NCBI RefSeq assembly: GCF_050320075.1
Contig: NZ_CP190018.1
From: Escherichia coli
GTDB lineage: Bacteria; Pseudomonadota; Gammaproteobacteria; Enterobacterales; Enterobacteriaceae
Length of the DNA stretch: 64,000 nucleotides
Reading direction: 5' to 3' (one strand)
A program made the translations under genes and the position numbers. Below are positions 42,697 through 60,057 of the stretch, one piece after another. The notes below the pieces were generated by a model that saw nothing but the letters and a program-made list of their open reading frames with translations, had not been told where the DNA came from and ran no database searches. The stretch's first letter is position 1. Each line of letters opens with the position of its first letter.

Positions 42697-43062
42697 TTAA
42701 TTTAATCGTATTGTGCTGGCATTTTCATCAGCCCCTTTTTGCCATACTTCATGCAGTTGACTGGCATTTTCAACATTGTTGCAGCTGGCAGGAAAGCTTT
42801 TACCGGAAAGGCCCCGGGCATAAGTAAAATCGGTCTGGCAAGTTTTCTTTTGTCCTTCGGCATATCCTTTAAGGTATAGACCGCGATCCGCCTGTGAATC
42901 GCTAAATGCATCGTCATCTTTTATGGCGCTGGCCGATATCGCATCTTCCATACCGACATCATACCAGTCGGTGCTGGTCAAGGTTGGCGCGTGAGTATAA
43001 GGATCAATCTGACATCCGCTAACCAGTAAAGCCAACAAGGGGGCGATAAACTTTTTCATCAT
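42697..43062 (-). CDS. yfiL: lipoprotein YfiL
   Basis: ORF-track ORF 42697..43080 starts at TTG; ATG at 43062 preceded by GGAG gives MMKKFIAPLLALLVSGC lipobox. Confidence 0.8.
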   Translation of the reverse strand: MMKKFIAPLLALLVSGCQIDPYTHAPTLTSTDWYDVGMEDAISASAIKDDDAFSDSQADRGLYLKGYAEGQKKTCQTDFTYARGLSGKSFPASCNNVENASQLHEVWQKGADENASTIRLN

Positions 43063-43107
43063 TTCTTTCTCCTTTTTCAAAGCATAGCGGATTGTTTTTA
43101 AAGGAGG

Positions 43108-43198
43108 TGTAAATTTATTTGTACGAAATAAGCATCAAAAGCGCGAGTAAATTGTTTCTGTAAAGAAAAATGTACGAAATATGGATTGAAAACTTTAC
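43108..43198. promoter_or_regulatory. three TyrR boxes upstream of aroF
   Basis: TGTAAATTTATTTGTAC (43108-43124), TGTAAAGAAAAATGTAC (43159-43175), TGGATTGAAAACTTTAC (43182-43198) fit TGTAAA-N6-TTTACA. Confidence 0.65.
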
Positions 43199-43270
43199 TT
43201 TATGTGTTATCGTTACGTCATCCTCGCTGAGGATCAACTATCGCAAACGAGCATAAACAGGATCGCCATC

Positions 43271-44341
43271 ATGCAAAAAGACGCGCTGAATAACGTACAT
43301 ATTACCGACGAACAGGTTTTAATGACTCCGGAACAACTGAAGGCCGCTTTTCTATTGAGCCTGCAACAAGAAGCCCAGATTGCTGACTCGCGTAAAACCA
43401 TTTCAGATATTATCGCCGGGCGCGATCCTCGTCTGTTGGTAGTATGTGGTCCTTGTTCCATTCATGATCCGGAAACTGCTCTGGAATATGCTCGTCGATT
43501 TAAAGCCCTTGCCGCAGAGGTCAGCGATAGCCTCTATCTGGTAATGCGCGTCTATTTTGAAAAACCCCGTACCACTGTCGGCTGGAAAGGGTTAATTAAC
43601 GATCCCCATATGGATGGCTCTTTTGATGTAGAAGCCGGGCTGCAGATCGCGCGTAAATTGCTGCTTGAGCTGGTGAATATGGGACTGCCACTGGCGACGG
43701 AAGCGTTAGATCCAAATAGCCCGCAATACCTGGGCGATCTGTTTAGCTGGTCAGCAATTGGTGCTCGTACAACGGAATCGCAAACTCACCGTGAAATGGC
43801 CTCCGGGCTTTCCATGCCGGTTGGTTTTAAAAACGGCACCGACGGCAGTCTGGCAACAGCAATTAACGCTATGCGCGCCGCCGCCCAGCCGCACCGTTTT
43901 GTTGGCATTAACCAGGCAGGGCAGGTGGCGTTGCTACAAACTCAGGGGAATCCGGACGGGCATGTGATCCTGCGCGGTGGTAAAGCGCCGAACTATAGCC
44001 CTGCGGATGTTGCGCAATGTGAAAAAGAGATGGAACAGGCGGGACTGCGCCCGTCTCTGATGGTAGATTGCAGCCACGGTAATTCCAATAAAGATTATCG
44101 CCGTCAGCCTGCGGTGGCAGAGTCCGTGGTTGCTCAGATCAAAGATGGCAATCGCTCGATTATTGGTCTGATGATCGAAAGTAATATCCACGAGGGCAAT
44201 CAGTCTTCCGAGCAACCGCGCAGTGAAATGAAATACGGTGTATCCGTAACCGATGCCTGCATTAGTTGGGAAATGACCGATGCCTTGCTGCGTGAAATTC
44301 ATCAGGATCTGAACGGGCAGCTGACGGCTCGCGTGGCTTAA
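43271..44341 (+). CDS. aroF: DAHP synthase, Tyr-sensitive
   Basis: 356 aa from ATG 43271 ([27 protein letters not shown]...). Confidence 0.95.
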   Translation: MQKDALNNVHITDEQVLMTPEQLKAAFLLSLQQEAQIADSRKTISDIIAGRDPRLLVVCGPCSIHDPETALEYARRFKALAAEVSDSLYLVMRVYFEKPRTTVGWKGLINDPHMDGSFDVEAGLQIARKLLLELVNMGLPLATEALDPNSPQYLGDLFSWSAIGARTTESQTHREMASGLSMPVGFKNGTDGSLATAINAMRAAAQPHRFVGINQAGQVALLQTQGNPDGHVILRGGKAPNYSPADVAQCEKEMEQAGLRPSLMVDCSHGNSNKDYRRQPAVAESVVAQIKDGNRSIIGLMIESNIHEGNQSSEQPRSEMKYGVSVTDACISWEMTDALLREIHQDLNGQLTARVA

Positions 44342-44351
44342 GAGGTTTATT

Positions 44352-45473
44352 ATGGTTGCTGAGTTGACCGCATTACGCGATCAAATTGATGAAGTCGATA
44401 AAGCGCTGCTGAATTTATTAGCGAAGCGTCTGGAACTGGTTGCTGAAGTGGGCGAGGTGAAAAGCCGCTTTGGACTGCCTATTTATGTTCCGGAGCGCGA
44501 GGCATCTATGTTGGCCTCGCGTCGTGCAGAGGCGGAAGCTCTGGGTGTACCGCCAGATCTGATTGAGGATGTTTTGCGTCGGGTGATGCGTGAATCTTAC
44601 TCCAGTGAAAACGACAAAGGATTTAAAACACTTTGTCCGTCACTGCGTCCAGTGGTTATCGTCGGCGGTGGCGGTCAGATGGGACGCCTGTTCGAGAAGA
44701 TGCTGACACTATCGGGTTATCAGGTGCGGATTCTGGAGCAACATGACTGGGATCGAGCGGCTGATATTGTTGCCGATGCCGGAATGGTGATTGTTAGTGT
44801 GCCAATCCACGTTACTGAGCAAGTTATCGGCAAATTACCGCCTTTACCGAAAGATTGTATTCTGGTTGATCTGGCATCGGTGAAAAATGGACCATTACAG
44901 GCCATGCTGGCGGCGCACGATGGCCCGGTACTGGGTCTACACCCAATGTTCGGTCCGGACAGCGGTAGCCTGGCAAAGCAAGTTGTGGTCTGGTGTGATG
45001 GACGTAAGCCGGAAGCATACCAATGGTTTCTGGAGCAAATTCAGGTCTGGGGCGCTCGGTTGCATCGTATTAGCGCCGTCGAGCACGATCAGAATATGGC
45101 GTTTATTCAGGCACTGCGCCACTTTGCTACTTTTGCTTACGGGCTGCACCTGGCAGAAGAAAATGTTCAGCTTGAGCAACTTCTGGCGCTCTCTTCGCCG
45201 ATTTACCGCCTTGAGCTGGCGATGGTCGGGCGACTGTTCGCTCAGGATCCGCAGCTTTATGCCGACATTATTATGTCGTCAGAGCGTAATCTGGCGTTAA
45301 TCAAACGTTACTATAAGCGTTTCGGCGAGGCGATTGAGTTGCTGGAGCAGGGCGATAAGCAGGCGTTTATTGACAGTTTCCGCAAGGTGGAGCACTGGTT
45401 CGGCGATTACGCACAGCGTTTTCAGAGTGAAAGCCGCGTGTTATTGCGTCAGGCGAATGACAATCGCCAGTAA
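44352..45473 (+). CDS. tyrA: chorismate mutase / prephenate dehydrogenase (T-protein)
   Basis: 373 aa, [30 protein letters not shown]... Confidence 0.95.
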   Translation: MVAELTALRDQIDEVDKALLNLLAKRLELVAEVGEVKSRFGLPIYVPEREASMLASRRAEAEALGVPPDLIEDVLRRVMRESYSSENDKGFKTLCPSLRPVVIVGGGGQMGRLFEKMLTLSGYQVRILEQHDWDRAADIVADAGMVIVSVPIHVTEQVIGKLPPLPKDCILVDLASVKNGPLQAMLAAHDGPVLGLHPMFGPDSGSLAKQVVVWCDGRKPEAYQWFLEQIQVWGARLHRISAVEHDQNMAFIQALRHFATFAYGLHLAEENVQLEQLLALSSPIYRLELAMVGRLFAQDPQLYADIIMSSERNLALIKRYYKRFGEAIELLEQGDKQAFIDSFRKVEHWFGDYAQRFQSESRVLLRQANDNRQ

Positions 45474-45482
45474 TAATCCAGC

Positions 45483-45506
45483 GCCGGATGATTCACATCA
45501 TCCGGC
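45483..45506. terminator. bidirectional terminator between convergent tyrA and pheA
   Basis: Palindrome GCCGGATGA ttcaca TCATCCGGC. Confidence 0.55.
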
Positions 45507-45515
45507 ACCTTTTCA

Positions 45516-46676
45516 TCAGGTTGGATCAACAGGCACTACGTTCTCACTTGGGTAACAGCCCAATACCTTCATTGAACGGGTGATTTCCCCTAACTCTTTC
45601 AATGCTTTTTGCATTTCCGCTGATTCAAGATTGGCCTGAATATCCAGATAAAACATCTCTTCCCACGGATTACCGTGAATCGGGCGTGACTCCAGACGGG
45701 TCATAATCAGATTGTGGTTGCGCAGTACCAGCAACGCTTCAACCAGCGCACCAGCTTGTTGCCCGGTCGCCATTAACAACGTCGTTTTCGCTGGAACCTG
45801 GTCAGACACGTTAATGGCTTTACGTGCCAACACCACAAATCGGGTGAAGTTTTGTCGCTGATTCGCTTCAATACGCTCCAGTACCTGCAAACCGTACAAA
45901 GTGCCGCCAGCTTCGCTTCCCAACGCAGCAACATGCGGTGATTTTGCCTGTGCAACCTTTTCCATTGCCGCAGACGTACTTTCGGTATATTCAATCTTCC
46001 AGTGCGGATAACGATTAAGGAATTTGCTGCATTGCTGGAATGGCTGCGGATGGCTGTAGACCGTATTGATGGTGGATAAATCAGTAGTGCCGGAGACCAA
46101 CAAACAATGGTCGATAGTTAACGTCATCTCGCCAACAATCGACAAACTGGTATGTTGCAGCAGATCGTAAACGTCATTTATGGCACCGGAGCTGGTATTT
46201 TCAATCGGTACGACGGCATAGTCGGCCTGGCCGGTTTCCACCTGATTAAAAATATCGGCAAATTTGGCGCAGCCACTTTCAATGAATTGCTCAAAGTGAC
46301 GGGCAGCATACTGGCGCGCCGCAAGATGGGAATAAGAACCTTTGGGGCCGAGAAAAGCGATGCGTGCTGAGTGCGGATTAATTTTATTGAGATGTTGCTG
46401 GAGCAACGCCTGCTGAGTTAATACGGAATCTTCAATAATGAGCTGGAACAGGCGAGTAATGTAATGGGCGTCCAGATGGTGCGCTTTACCGAGCGTAATT
46501 AATCTTTCCAGTAAATCGCGTTCACGATCAATATCACGTACCGGGCGATGCGAGAGCAATTTGGCTTTTCCCACCTCGACGGCCAGTTCGCGCCGCTCTG
46601 CCAGTAATGCTAATAATTTTTCATCCAGCGCGCTGATTTTCTCTCGCAGCGCCAGTAATGGATTTTCCGATGTCAT
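45516..46676 (-). CDS. pheA: chorismate mutase / prephenate dehydratase (P-protein)
   Basis: 386 aa, [39 protein letters not shown]... Confidence 0.95.
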
Positions 46677-46699
46677 AGTGTTGCCTTTTTGTTATCAAT

Positions 46700-46727
46700 A
46701 AAAAAGGCCCCCCGATTTGGGAGGCCT
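46700..46727 (-). terminator. pheA attenuator terminator hairpin
   Basis: On the minus strand AGGCCTCCC aaatc GGGGGGCCT followed by T6, between pheL and pheA. Confidence 0.7.
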
Positions 46728-46774
46728 TATTGTTCGTCTTCGCATTCTGTTTCACACGACGAAACGCCTCCCAT

Positions 46775-46822
46775 TCAGGGGAAGGTAAAAAAGAATGCGA
46801 AGAAAAACGGTGTGTGTTTCAT
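46775..46822 (-). CDS. pheL: pheA leader peptide (Phe-rich, 15 aa)
   Basis: Reverse strand ATGAAACACACACCGTTTTTCTTCGCATTCTTTTTTACCTTCCCCTGA = MKHTPFFFAFFFTFP*. Confidence 0.85.
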   Translation of the reverse strand: MKHTPFFFAFFFTFP

Positions 46823-46878
46823 GTTTGTTTCCTTAAGTGACTTCAGTACAGTACCCGTACTGTTTTCACGCTGTCAAC

Positions 46879-46902
46879 AAAAAACGCGCCCGAAGGCGCG
46901 TT
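46879..46902 (-). terminator. rho-independent terminator of raiA
   Basis: Minus strand AACGCGCC ttcg GGCGCGTT followed by a U-run. Confidence 0.65.
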
Positions 46903-46925
46903 GGCGATACACTCAATATAAAGGA

Positions 46926-47321
<396 letters not shown>

Positions 47322-47497
47322 TCAAAATGTGTGATGGAAATCTCATAATTTTGTCACTTTTTGTCAACGAATCTTTTTTGTGAGAAATCGCAGGAAGAGG
47401 TGTTTTTTTACTTGAGGAATATCTCAAAGCGAGCCATATTTGATGAGATCGATAGTGACTAAATCGCTTCAGTTTCACAACTAACAGAATAAAAAAA

Positions 47498-47517
47498 CGG
47501 CAGCTCAAGGGCTGCCG
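47498..47517 (-). terminator. terminator hairpin after bamD
   Basis: CGGCAGC tcaagg GCTGCCG flanked by A7 and T4. Confidence 0.55.
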
Positions 47518-47537
47518 TTTTGTGTTTCAGGTTTTTG

Positions 47538-48275
47538 TTATGTATTGCTGCTGTTTGCAGCGATGATTTTCGCTACTTTTTCAGCTTGCGCATTCATCTG
47601 CATCTGACGGTATGCATTTTCCATCAGCGGCAGCGCATCACGCGTAGCCTGGGTATCCGGGTAGTCGCGCAACATGCCTTCTACGCGGTTAACGACGGCA
47701 ACCCATGCACCACGTTCTGTATAATACTCGGCAACGGAGTATTCATATTTCGCCAGACGATCTTTCAGGAATACCAGACGTTTGGTGGCATCGGTGGTGT
47801 ACTGACTGTTCGGATAGCCGCGCACCAGTTTGGAAAAGTCACTAAACGCAGCTCGTGCATGTTGAGGATCGCGATCGCTACGATCGACGCCAAAGAACCC
47901 TTGCAGCGCACTGTCATCCAGCGCCATATTGGTCAGGCCACGCATGTACATGACATAATCGATATTCGGATGGGTCGGGTTAAGGCGAATAAAACGATCG
48001 ATGGCAGCCTGTGCTAACGGCAAATCGGCGTTTTTATAGTAGGCATAGATGAGATCCAGCTGCACCTGCTGCGAATACGGACCAAACGGATAGCGATTAT
48101 CTAACGCTTCCAGTTGCGTTATTGCCTGTCTCCAGTTACCGTCCTGCAGCTTTTGTTGTGCAGTCGCGTAAATTTCATTTGGCGGATTATCAGGTACTTC
48201 TTCCTTTGACCCCGAGCAACCCGCCAAAAACAGGCTTAGTGTGGCGGCTGCCACCAGATATTTCATGCGCGTCAT
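47538..48275 (-). CDS. bamD: outer membrane protein assembly factor BamD (TPR lipoprotein)
   Basis: 245 aa with lipobox LAGC. Confidence 0.95.
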
Positions 48276-48409
48276 GACGTTTTGACTTTCCTCAAAATGT
48301 AATACGGGAGATTCTCTGTTCCTGCTCCCGGTTAAGACCAGCTACAATAGCACACTATATTAAACGGCAAAGCCGTAAAACCCCAACGATAAACGAAGAA
48401 GCAGTATAT

Positions 48410-49390
48410 ATGGCACAACGAGTACAGCTCACTGCAACGGTGTCCGAAAACCAACTCGGTCAACGCTTAGATCAGGCTTTGGCCGAAATGTTCCCGGATT
48501 ATTCACGTTCGCGGATAAAAGAATGGATCCTCGACCAGCGCGTGCTGGTTAACGGCAAAGTTTGTGATAAGCCGAAAGAAAAAGTATTGGGTGGCGAGCA
48601 GGTGGCCATCAACGCTGAGATTGAAGAAGAAGCGCGTTTTGAACCGCAGGATATCCCGCTGGATATCGTCTATGAAGATGAAGATATCATCGTCATTAAT
48701 AAACCACGCGACCTGGTGGTACATCCTGGCGCGGGTAACCCGGATGGTACGGTACTGAATGCGTTACTTCATTACTATCCGCCCATTGCCGATGTACCGC
48801 GTGCGGGCATCGTCCATCGTCTGGATAAAGACACCACCGGCCTGATGGTTGTGGCAAAAACCGTTCCGGCTCAGACGCGTTTAGTCGAATCTTTGCAACG
48901 GCGTGAAATTACTCGTGAGTATGAAGCGGTGGCAATTGGTCATATGACCGCTGGCGGTACAGTAGATGAACCAATCAGCCGCCACCCGACCAAACGTACT
49001 CACATGGCGGTGCATCCCATGGGCAAACCGGCGGTCACTCACTATCGCATCATGGAACACTTCCGTGTGCACACGCGTCTGCGGTTGCGTCTGGAAACTG
49101 GACGTACGCACCAGATCCGCGTGCATATGGCCCATATCACTCATCCGCTGGTGGGCGATCCGGTTTATGGTGGCCGTCCGCGTCCGCCAAAAGGTGCTTC
49201 GGAAGCGTTTATCTCCACGCTGCGTAAGTTTGACCGCCAGGCGCTTCATGCAACCATGCTGCGTCTTTATCACCCAATCTCCGGCATCGAAATGGAATGG
49301 CATGCGCCTATTCCACAAGATATGGTGGAGCTGATTGAGGTGATGCGCGCCGATTTCGAAGAGCATAAAGATGAAGTGGACTGGTTATGA
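48410..49390 (+). CDS. rluD: 23S rRNA pseudouridine synthase D
   Basis: 326 aa with S4 domain and RluA-family catalytic HRLDKDTTG motif. Confidence 0.95.
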   Translation: MAQRVQLTATVSENQLGQRLDQALAEMFPDYSRSRIKEWILDQRVLVNGKVCDKPKEKVLGGEQVAINAEIEEEARFEPQDIPLDIVYEDEDIIVINKPRDLVVHPGAGNPDGTVLNALLHYYPPIADVPRAGIVHRLDKDTTGLMVVAKTVPAQTRLVESLQRREITREYEAVAIGHMTAGGTVDEPISRHPTKRTHMAVHPMGKPAVTHYRIMEHFRVHTRLRLRLETGRTHQIRVHMAHITHPLVGDPVYGGRPRPPKGASEAFISTLRKFDRQALHATMLRLYHPISGIEMEWHAPIPQDMVELIEVMRADFEEHKDEVDWL

Positions 49391-50118
49391 GTAAGCTGAT
49401 TGTCCCGCAGTGGCCCCTGCCAAAAGGTGTTGCGGCCTGTAGCTCTACTCGTATCGGCGGCGTGAGCTTGCCCCCGTATGACTCGCTCAACCTCGGTGCT
49501 CATTGTGGCGATAACCCGGATCACGTTGAGGAGAATCGCAAGCGACTTTTTGCTGCGGGCAATTTGCCTTCAAAACCGGTCTGGCTTGAGCAGGTACACG
49601 GCAGAGATGTGCTTAAGCTTACTGGCGAACCTTATGCCTCAAAACGAGCAGATGCCTCTTATAGCAACACGCCGGGCACGGTTTGCGCAGTGATGACTGC
49701 CGACTGCCTCCCCGTGCTGTTTTGCAATCGAGCGGGAACGGAAGTCGCCGCCGCTCATGCTGGCTGGCGTGGACTGTGCGCTGGCGTGTTGGAGGAGACG
49801 GTTTCCTGTTTTGCTGATAATCCGGAAAATATTCTCGCCTGGTTAGGGCCGGCAATTGGTCCACGCGCGTTTGAAGTGGGGGCGGAGGTTCGCGAGGCGT
49901 TTATGGCAGTAGACGCCAAAGCGAGTACAGCTTTCATTCAGCATGGTGATAAGTATCTGGCGGATATTTCTCTCCTTGCCCGGCAGCGTCTGGCGAACGT
50001 CGGTGTCGAACAAATTTTCGGCGGCAACCGTTGTACATATACGGAAAATGAGACTTTCTTCTCTTATCGTCGCGACAAGACCACCGGTCGTATGGCAAGT
50101 TTCATTTGGCTGATATAA
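49387..50118 (+). CDS. yfiH: YfiH/PgeF (purine nucleoside phosphorylase / laccase-domain protein)
   Basis: 243 aa; overlaps rluD stop (ATGA). Confidence 0.9.
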   Translation: MSKLIVPQWPLPKGVAACSSTRIGGVSLPPYDSLNLGAHCGDNPDHVEENRKRLFAAGNLPSKPVWLEQVHGRDVLKLTGEPYASKRADASYSNTPGTVCAVMTADCLPVLFCNRAGTEVAAAHAGWRGLCAGVLEETVSCFADNPENILAWLGPAIGPRAFEVGAEVREAFMAVDAKASTAFIQHGDKYLADISLLARQRLANVGVEQIFGGNRCTYTENETFFSYRRDKTTGRMASFIWLI

Positions 50119-50247
50119 CCTAAAGAATCAAGACGATCCGGTACGCGTGATTTTCTTTTCACATTAATCTGGTCAATAACCTTGAATAATTGAGGGATGA
50201 CCTCATTTAATCTCCAGTAGCAACTTTGATCCGTTATGGGAGGAGTT

Positions 50248-52821
50248 ATGCGTCTGGATCGTCTTACTAATAAATTCCAGCTTGCTCTTGCCGATGCCCA
50301 ATCACTTGCACTCGGGCACGACAACCAATTCATCGAACCACTTCATTTAATGAGCGCCCTGCTGAATCAGGAAGGGGGTTCGGTTAGTCCTTTATTAACA
50401 TCCGCTGGCATAAATGCTGGCCAGTTGCGCACAGATATCAATCAGGCATTAAATCGTTTACCGCAGGTTGAAGGTACTGGTGGTGATGTCCAGCCATCAC
50501 AAGATCTGGTGCGCGTTCTTAATCTTTGCGACAAGCTGGCGCAAAAACGTGGTGATAACTTTATCTCGTCAGAACTGTTCGTTCTGGCGGCACTTGAGTC
50601 TCGCGGCACGCTGGCCGACATCCTGAAAGCAGCAGGGGCGACCACCGCCAACATTACTCAAGCGATTGAACAAATGCGTGGAGGTGAAAGCGTGAACGAT
50701 CAAGGTGCTGAAGACCAACGTCAGGCTTTGAAAAAATATACCATCGACCTTACCGAACGAGCCGAACAGGGCAAACTCGATCCGGTGATTGGTCGTGATG
50801 AAGAAATTCGCCGTACCATTCAGGTGCTGCAACGTCGTACTAAAAATAACCCAGTACTGATTGGTGAACCCGGCGTCGGTAAAACTGCCATCGTTGAAGG
50901 TCTGGCGCAGCGTATTATCAACGGCGAAGTGCCGGAAGGGTTGAAAGGCCGCCGCGTACTGGCGCTGGATATGGGCGCGCTGGTGGCTGGGGCGAAATAT
51001 CGCGGTGAGTTTGAAGAACGTTTAAAAGGCGTACTTAACGATCTTGCTAAACAGGAAGGCAACGTCATCCTGTTTATCGACGAATTACATACCATGGTCG
51101 GCGCGGGTAAAGCCGATGGCGCAATGGACGCCGGAAACATGCTGAAACCGGCGCTGGCGCGTGGTGAATTGCACTGCGTAGGTGCCACGACGCTTGACGA
51201 ATATCGCCAGTACATCGAAAAAGATGCTGCGCTGGAACGTCGTTTCCAGAAAGTGTTTGTTGCCGAGCCTTCTGTTGAAGATACCATTGCGATTCTGCGT
51301 GGCCTGAAAGAACGTTACGAATTGCACCACCATGTGCAAATTACTGACCCGGCAATTGTTGCAGCGGCGACGTTGTCTCATCGCTACATTGCTGACCGTC
51401 AGCTGCCTGATAAAGCCATCGACCTGATCGATGAAGCAGCATCCAGCATTCGTATGCAGATTGACTCAAAACCAGAAGAACTCGACCGACTCGATCGTCG
51501 TATCATCCAGCTCAAACTGGAACAACAGGCGTTAATGAAAGAGTCTGATGAAGCCAGTAAAAAACGCCTGGATATGCTCAACGAAGAACTGAGCGACAAA
51601 GAACGTCAGTACTCCGAGTTAGAAGAAGAGTGGAAAGCAGAGAAAGCATCGCTTTCTGGTACGCAGACCATTAAAGCGGAACTGGAACAGGCGAAAATCG
51701 CTATTGAACAGGCTCGCCGTGTGGGTGACCTGGCGCGGATGTCTGAACTGCAATACGGCAAAATCCCGGAACTGGAAAAGCAACTGGAAGCCGCAACGCA
51801 GCTCGAAGGCAAAACTATGCGTCTGTTGCGTAATAAAGTGACCGATGCCGAAATTGCTGAAGTGCTGGCGCGTTGGACGGGGATTCCGGTTTCTCGCATG
51901 ATGGAAAGCGAGCGCGAAAAACTGCTGCGTATGGAGCAAGAACTGCACCATCGCGTTATTGGTCAGAACGAAGCGGTTGATGCGGTATCTAACGCTATTC
52001 GTCGTAGCCGTGCGGGGCTGGCGGATCCAAATCGCCCGATTGGTTCATTCCTGTTCCTCGGCCCAACGGGTGTGGGGAAAACTGAGCTTTGTAAGGCGCT
52101 GGCGAACTTTATGTTTGATAGCGACGAGGCGATGGTCCGTATCGATATGTCCGAGTTTATGGAGAAACATTCGGTGTCTCGTCTGGTTGGTGCGCCTCCG
52201 GGATATGTTGGTTATGAAGAAGGTGGCTACCTGACCGAAGCTGTGCGTCGTCGTCCGTATTCCGTTATCCTGCTGGATGAAGTGGAAAAAGCGCATCCGG
52301 ATGTCTTCAACATTCTGTTGCAGGTACTGGATGATGGGCGTCTGACTGACGGGCAGGGGAGAACGGTCGACTTCCGTAATACGGTCGTCATTATGACCTC
52401 TAACCTCGGTTCCGATCTGATTCAGGAACGCTTCGGTGAACTGGATTATGCGCACATGAAAGAGCTGGTGCTCGGTGTGGTTAGCCATAACTTCCGTCCG
52501 GAATTCATTAACCGTATCGATGAAGTGGTGGTCTTCCATCCGCTGGGTGAACAGCACATTGCGTCGATTGCGCAGATTCAGTTGAAACGTCTGTATAAAC
52601 GTCTGGAAGAACGTGGTTATGAAATCCACATTTCTGACGAGGCGCTGAAACTGCTGAGCGAGAACGGTTACGATCCGGTCTATGGCGCACGTCCTCTGAA
52701 ACGTGCAATTCAGCAGCAGATTGAAAACCCGCTGGCACAGCAAATACTGTCTGGTGAATTGGTTCCGGGTAAAGTGATTCGCCTGGAAGTTAATGAAGAC
52801 CGGATTGTCGCCGTCCAGTAA
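50248..52821 (+). CDS. clpB: chaperone disaggregase ClpB
   Basis: 857 aa from ATG 50248 ([18 protein letters not shown]...); two AAA+ modules ([16 protein letters not shown]). Confidence 0.95.
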
Positions 52822-52830
52822 ATGATAAAA

Positions 52831-52853
52831 CGAGCCCTTCGGGGCTCGTTTTT
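52831..52853 (+). terminator. rho-independent terminator of clpB
   Basis: CGAGCCC ttcg GGGCTCG followed by T5. Confidence 0.65.
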
Positions 52854-52936
52854 GTCTATAAGTTAGACGGAAAAGACTATATTTAAGATGTTTTGCCTGA
52901 AAAATGAGCGAACGATAAAGTTTTTATATTTTTCGC

Positions 52937-52964
52937 TTGTCAGGCCGGAATAACTCCCTATAAT
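52937..52964 (+). promoter_or_regulatory. rRNA operon promoter P1 (-35 TTGTCA, -10 TATAAT)
   Basis: TTGTCA 52937-52942, 16-bp spacer, TATAAT 52959-52964; AT-rich UP-like sequence upstream. Confidence 0.7.
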
Positions 52965-53053
52965 GCGCCACCACTGACACGGAACAACGGCAAGCACGCC
53001 GCCGGGTAAGCGAGGTTCTCCTGAGAATCTCAACAGAGAAAAGCAAAAAATGC

Positions 53054-53081
53054 TTGACTCTGTAGCGGGGAAGCGTATTAT
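53054..53081 (+). promoter_or_regulatory. rRNA operon promoter P2 (-35 TTGACT, -10 TATTAT)
   Basis: TTGACT 53054-53059, 16-bp spacer, TATTAT 53076-53081. Confidence 0.7.
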
Positions 53082-53262
53082 GCACACCCCGCGCCGCTGA
53101 GAAAAAGCGAAGCGGCACTGCTCTTTAACAATTTATCAGACAATCTGTGTGGGCACTCGAAGATACGGATTCTTAACGTCGCAAGACGAAAAATGAATAC
53201 CAAGTCTCAAGAGTGAACACGTAATTCATTACGAAGTTTAATTCTTTGAGCATCAAACTTTT

Positions 53263-54804
<1,542 letters not shown>

Positions 54805-54889
54805 CCTTAAAGAACTGTGCTTTGCAGTGCTCACACAGATTGTCTGATAGAAAGTGAAAAGCAAGGCGTCTTGCGAAGCAGACTGATAC

Positions 54890-54965
54890 GTCCCCTTCGT
54901 CTAGAGGCCCAGGACACCGCCCTTTCACGGCGGTAACAGGGGTTCGAATCCCCTAGGGGACGCCA
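54890..54965 (+). tRNA. gltW: tRNA-Glu (UUC) in the 16S-23S spacer
   Basis: GTCCCCTTCGTCTAGAGGCCCAGGACACCGCCCTTTCACGGCGGTAACAGGGGTTCGAATCCCCTAGGGGACGCCA. Confidence 0.95.
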
Positions 54966-55158
54966 CTTGCTGGTTTGTGAGTGAAAGTCACCTGCCTTGA
55001 TATCTCAAAACTCATCTTCGGGTGATGTTTGAGATATTTGCTCTTTAAAAATCTGGATCAAGCTGAAAATTGAAACACTGAACAACGAAAGTTGTTCGTG
55101 AGTCTCTCAAATTTTCGCAACACGATGATGAATCGAAAGAAACATCTTCGGGTTGTGA

Positions 55159-58062
<2,904 letters not shown>

Positions 58063-58155
58063 ACAACGCCGAAGGTGTTTTGGCGGATTGAGAGAAAATT
58101 TTCAGCCTGATACAGATTAAATCAGAACGCAGAAGCGGTCTGATGAAACAGAATT

Positions 58156-58275
58156 TGCCTGGCGGCCTTAGCGCGGTGGTCCCACCTGATCCCATGCCGA
58201 ACTCAGAAGTGAAACGCCGTAGCGCCGATGGTAGTGTGGGGTCTCCCCATGCGAGAGTAGGGAACTGCCAGGCAT
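58156..58275 (+). rRNA. rrfG: 5S ribosomal RNA
   Basis: TGCCTGGCGGCCTTAGCGCGGTGGTCCCACCTGA...GGGAACTGCCAGGCAT, 120 nt. Confidence 0.95.
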
Positions 58276-58289
58276 CAAATTAAGCGAAA

Positions 58290-58314
58290 GGCCATCCGTC
58301 AGGATGGCCTTTTT
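58290..58314 (+). terminator. rRNA operon terminator
   Basis: GGCCATCC gtca GGATGGCC followed by T5. Confidence 0.65.
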
Positions 58315-58879
58315 GCGTTGGTGAAAAAAATGCCGGATGCGACGCTGGCTGAACTGCACCCCAAATGTTGGACATAATCTGACATCTGAAGGTGCAGTTT
58401 ATGAAACATTCATTTGAAGTAAAACTTGCCGCTGTAAATCATTACCTGGCTGGTCATGCAGGCATCATTTCTACGGCAAAACTCTTTCAACTTTCTCACA
58501 CCAGCCTCTCACACTGGATTAATCTTTTTCTTCTTCACGGTCCTCGGGCACTGGATTGCAGACACAGGCGTAGCTATTCTCCTGAAGATAAACTTTGCGT
58601 GGTTCTTTATGCTCTCGGGCATTCTGAGTCTCTACCCCGGGTAGCTGCCCGGTTTAACATTCCCAGCCACAACACGGTTAAAAACTGGATAAAAGGCTAC
58701 CGCAAATCTGGTAATGAGGCCTTTATCAGGCGCAGGAAGGAGAAAAGCATGACCCGTTCTGATGATACCCATGAAAACGAGGCAAACATGACGCCGGAAG
58801 AGATGAAGAATGAGCTACGTTATCTTCGCGCAGAAAATGCATATCTGAAAGCCATGCAGGAGCATCTCCTGGAAAAAAA

Positions 58880-59782
<903 letters not shown>

Positions 59783-60057
59783 GGCGCGTCTTATCCAGCT
59801 TACGCAGGCACGATAGGGGGCAGCTTATTCCTCCACATACGCCAGCGAATACGGCTTCCCCAACTTGCCCACCTCCATACGTGTCCTCCTTACCAGAAAT
59901 TTATCCTTAAGCTCCTCAATAACCATTTTCCTGCTAACTAAATTCGTGGTTAAGGTTGCATGATGATATGCAACAAATGTATAACATTTTCTTTACCAAA
60001 AGAAATAAACAAAAGCGACCGACAAAAGCATCGGATTACGGCAGGAGACATAATGGC

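Noticed and set aside
52045-52743. 232-aa minus-strand ORF
   Set aside because: Antisense inside clpB
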